Below are positions 62,112 through 64,000 of a DNA stretch of 64,000 bases, piece by piece. Both the position numbers and the translations under genes were made by a program. The stretch is from NCBI GenBank assembly GCA_030704615.1, contig CM060733.1, forward strand, positions 58,094,001 to 58,158,000, read 5' to 3'. Each line of letters opens with the position of its first letter. Within the stretch, counting starts at the first letter, position 1. The notes beneath the pieces were generated by a model. The model saw only the letters and a program-made list of their open reading frames with translations, had not been told where the DNA came from and made no database searches. The DNA comes from Takakia lepidozioides. Taxonomy: Eukaryota > Plantae > Bryophyta.

Positions 62112-64000
62112 GCAATGGGTGAAGTGTCGCCCAAGTTGGTCCTATAAGTGCAATTTTCCAACATTTGTCCGGGTTTATCCCTGGATATTCCAGAAGGGTG
62201 AGTTGTTGTGGATAAACTATCCAAACAAACGTTTTAGTATATCGTTTAAATGAAGGAAGAAATTTGGTGGTATTTAACTGTGGTGGAGCACAAAAGTTGT
62301 GTGGAATTGTTTGACATCGTAAGTTGTGGAAATTAAAAATATTATCAAACCTTGTAATAGTTTATATCCTAAAAATGTAGACTTGCACGGATTATTTTAT
62401 GACAATTGCGTTTAACATCTTCTATGCAAGCAACAGTCATGCTCATGCATTCTTTGAGTCAGAGCATTTAATTATGGATTTTGCCCATTCCTACAGCTAA
62501 TCATCCAACACTACTGGAATAGGGTCTCTACGTGCTACATCATCGTTTTCTGTTGAAACTACCCAAACTATCTAATTTTTTAAGTTATCAAATTATTTTT
62601 ATTGAATTATAAATCAATAATGATGCAACTACCAAAGGATTTTTATTATTATTTTTATTTTAGTGTTGAAGGAGTCAACTCTTTCTATGCAATAGTTTGA
62701 TTTTGAAAGTTGTAGAAACTAAATATATCAGCAGACATTGTAATTAATTTTATATTATCCACTGCAAAATCAATTATTTGTAGGTGTAGCAAATTCTCCA
62801 TACCTTGAAAAATTTGAAAATTATAAATGTGTTTCATTTGCTTAAGAACTACACACAGCTAGATTTTTAGAAACTTGAAGATAGTTGGTATTTATATGAC
62901 TACATAACAAAAGTCAATGAACGGGATGCACATTTGCAAGTATTATGGATTTGACTTAGGTAGGTGGTGATAATCTGATACAAACAATAGAACATTACTA
63001 GAGAGCATTACATTTTCTTGGACATTCTTCACTGAAATTGCCATTAGTAGTGCAAAACATCAAGATCCTAGTATATTACTGATGCATTAAAATAAGAGGT
63101 ATAAGTTATACAAGGGCTATGCCATGATATTTAGATAGAACTAGTTTTACACCAGCTTGGACGGACAAGTAGGTAGTCATTAAGACAAAGACTACACATT
63201 CATTTGGGTCTACAACTATCTTAACCCCTGAAAGACGAGCTATTTTTTGGTGGGCCCACTAAAAAAGAGTACATACCCTTATGGACGAGGGTGTGACTTC
63301 TTACCCCCAATGATCCATGGGGATGAACCTTATACTTATGTGCATATCTACCAGATCCATGTCCTGTCAAAAATATAGGCAAATTGACCATTGCATTCGG
63401 GAGATGATAACAAACTAATATGCCCCAATTTGTAAATATATTCAAAAATTGCATGAAAAAAATTGTTTGACCACAAAATTGAATTATCGAGTTGAATCTT
63501 TCTAGACAAAGGCCCTCCACAATCTGATTATATGGCACCTAAACTACTGCCTCCCCAAAAAATCAGACCAAAAGTCCAAAAATTCATATATGTATGTGAA
63601 ATCTGGGGGTAAATTATCTTGTTTTGGCTTCTTTTCCAAGTACACCCATGAGGTGACATTTGTTTTCCAATTCCCCTGGTAAGTAAGTGCACAATAACAT
63701 TTCATGGTGCCTTGTCTAAAATTTTTGGCATTATGATAAATTTTCAGCCCTAGATGTTATCTTGAAGATTGCCCATTTGGCTGCCACGTAGGTAGGTCAA
63801 TGGTGCTCCAACGTTGGATTTCCTGAACCCCTGGCACTTTGCAAAATTCTAGGGAGCGGAGCTTTTATGATTTTTTGGCGCTGTAAATTCGTGTTGGGTA
63901 TATATATACCCTGGTGTGACAAGTTTAGGTACCCGGATGTATACCCTTATATCAGGGTATATTTTTATGATATACCCTTATCCTTATATTTACCCTGCAT

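Noticed and set aside
62120-63800. AT-rich region that may be a decayed DNA transposon
   Set aside because: No transposase motifs or termini could be identified.

Overview
Eukaryotic nuclear DNA from a land plant, probably a moss. This is inferred from a cox1 NUMT that carries a group II intron at the moss-type cox1i1064g2 position together with unedited codons. Host genes: the 3' part of a xanthine dehydrogenase gene (clean up to 4719, full of indels after 5565), RPS25, an intronless METTL21-type lysine methyltransferase head-to-head with a two-domain glyoxalase I, a CCHC/SHAQKYF 1R-MYB (MYBS3/KUA1 type), a cytosolic-type ascorbate peroxidase and a decayed class-B acid phosphatase. The intergenic DNA holds MITEs (one hAT-type with a perfect 8-bp TSD), a PIF1-helicase plus endonuclease (Helentron-like) remnant, a fungal-type protein kinase pseudogene, scrambled and inverted PLS-PPR fragments, two cox1 NUMTs and an RNase H-CCHC-RLE (Dualen/RandI-like) retroelement remnant. 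The most interesting leads are a tandem array with ten CGGATAAGCA (I-box) sites upstream of an I-box-class MYB, and a possible ~11.5-kb Helentron-like cargo element. All calls come from reading the sequence by eye; no database searches were run.
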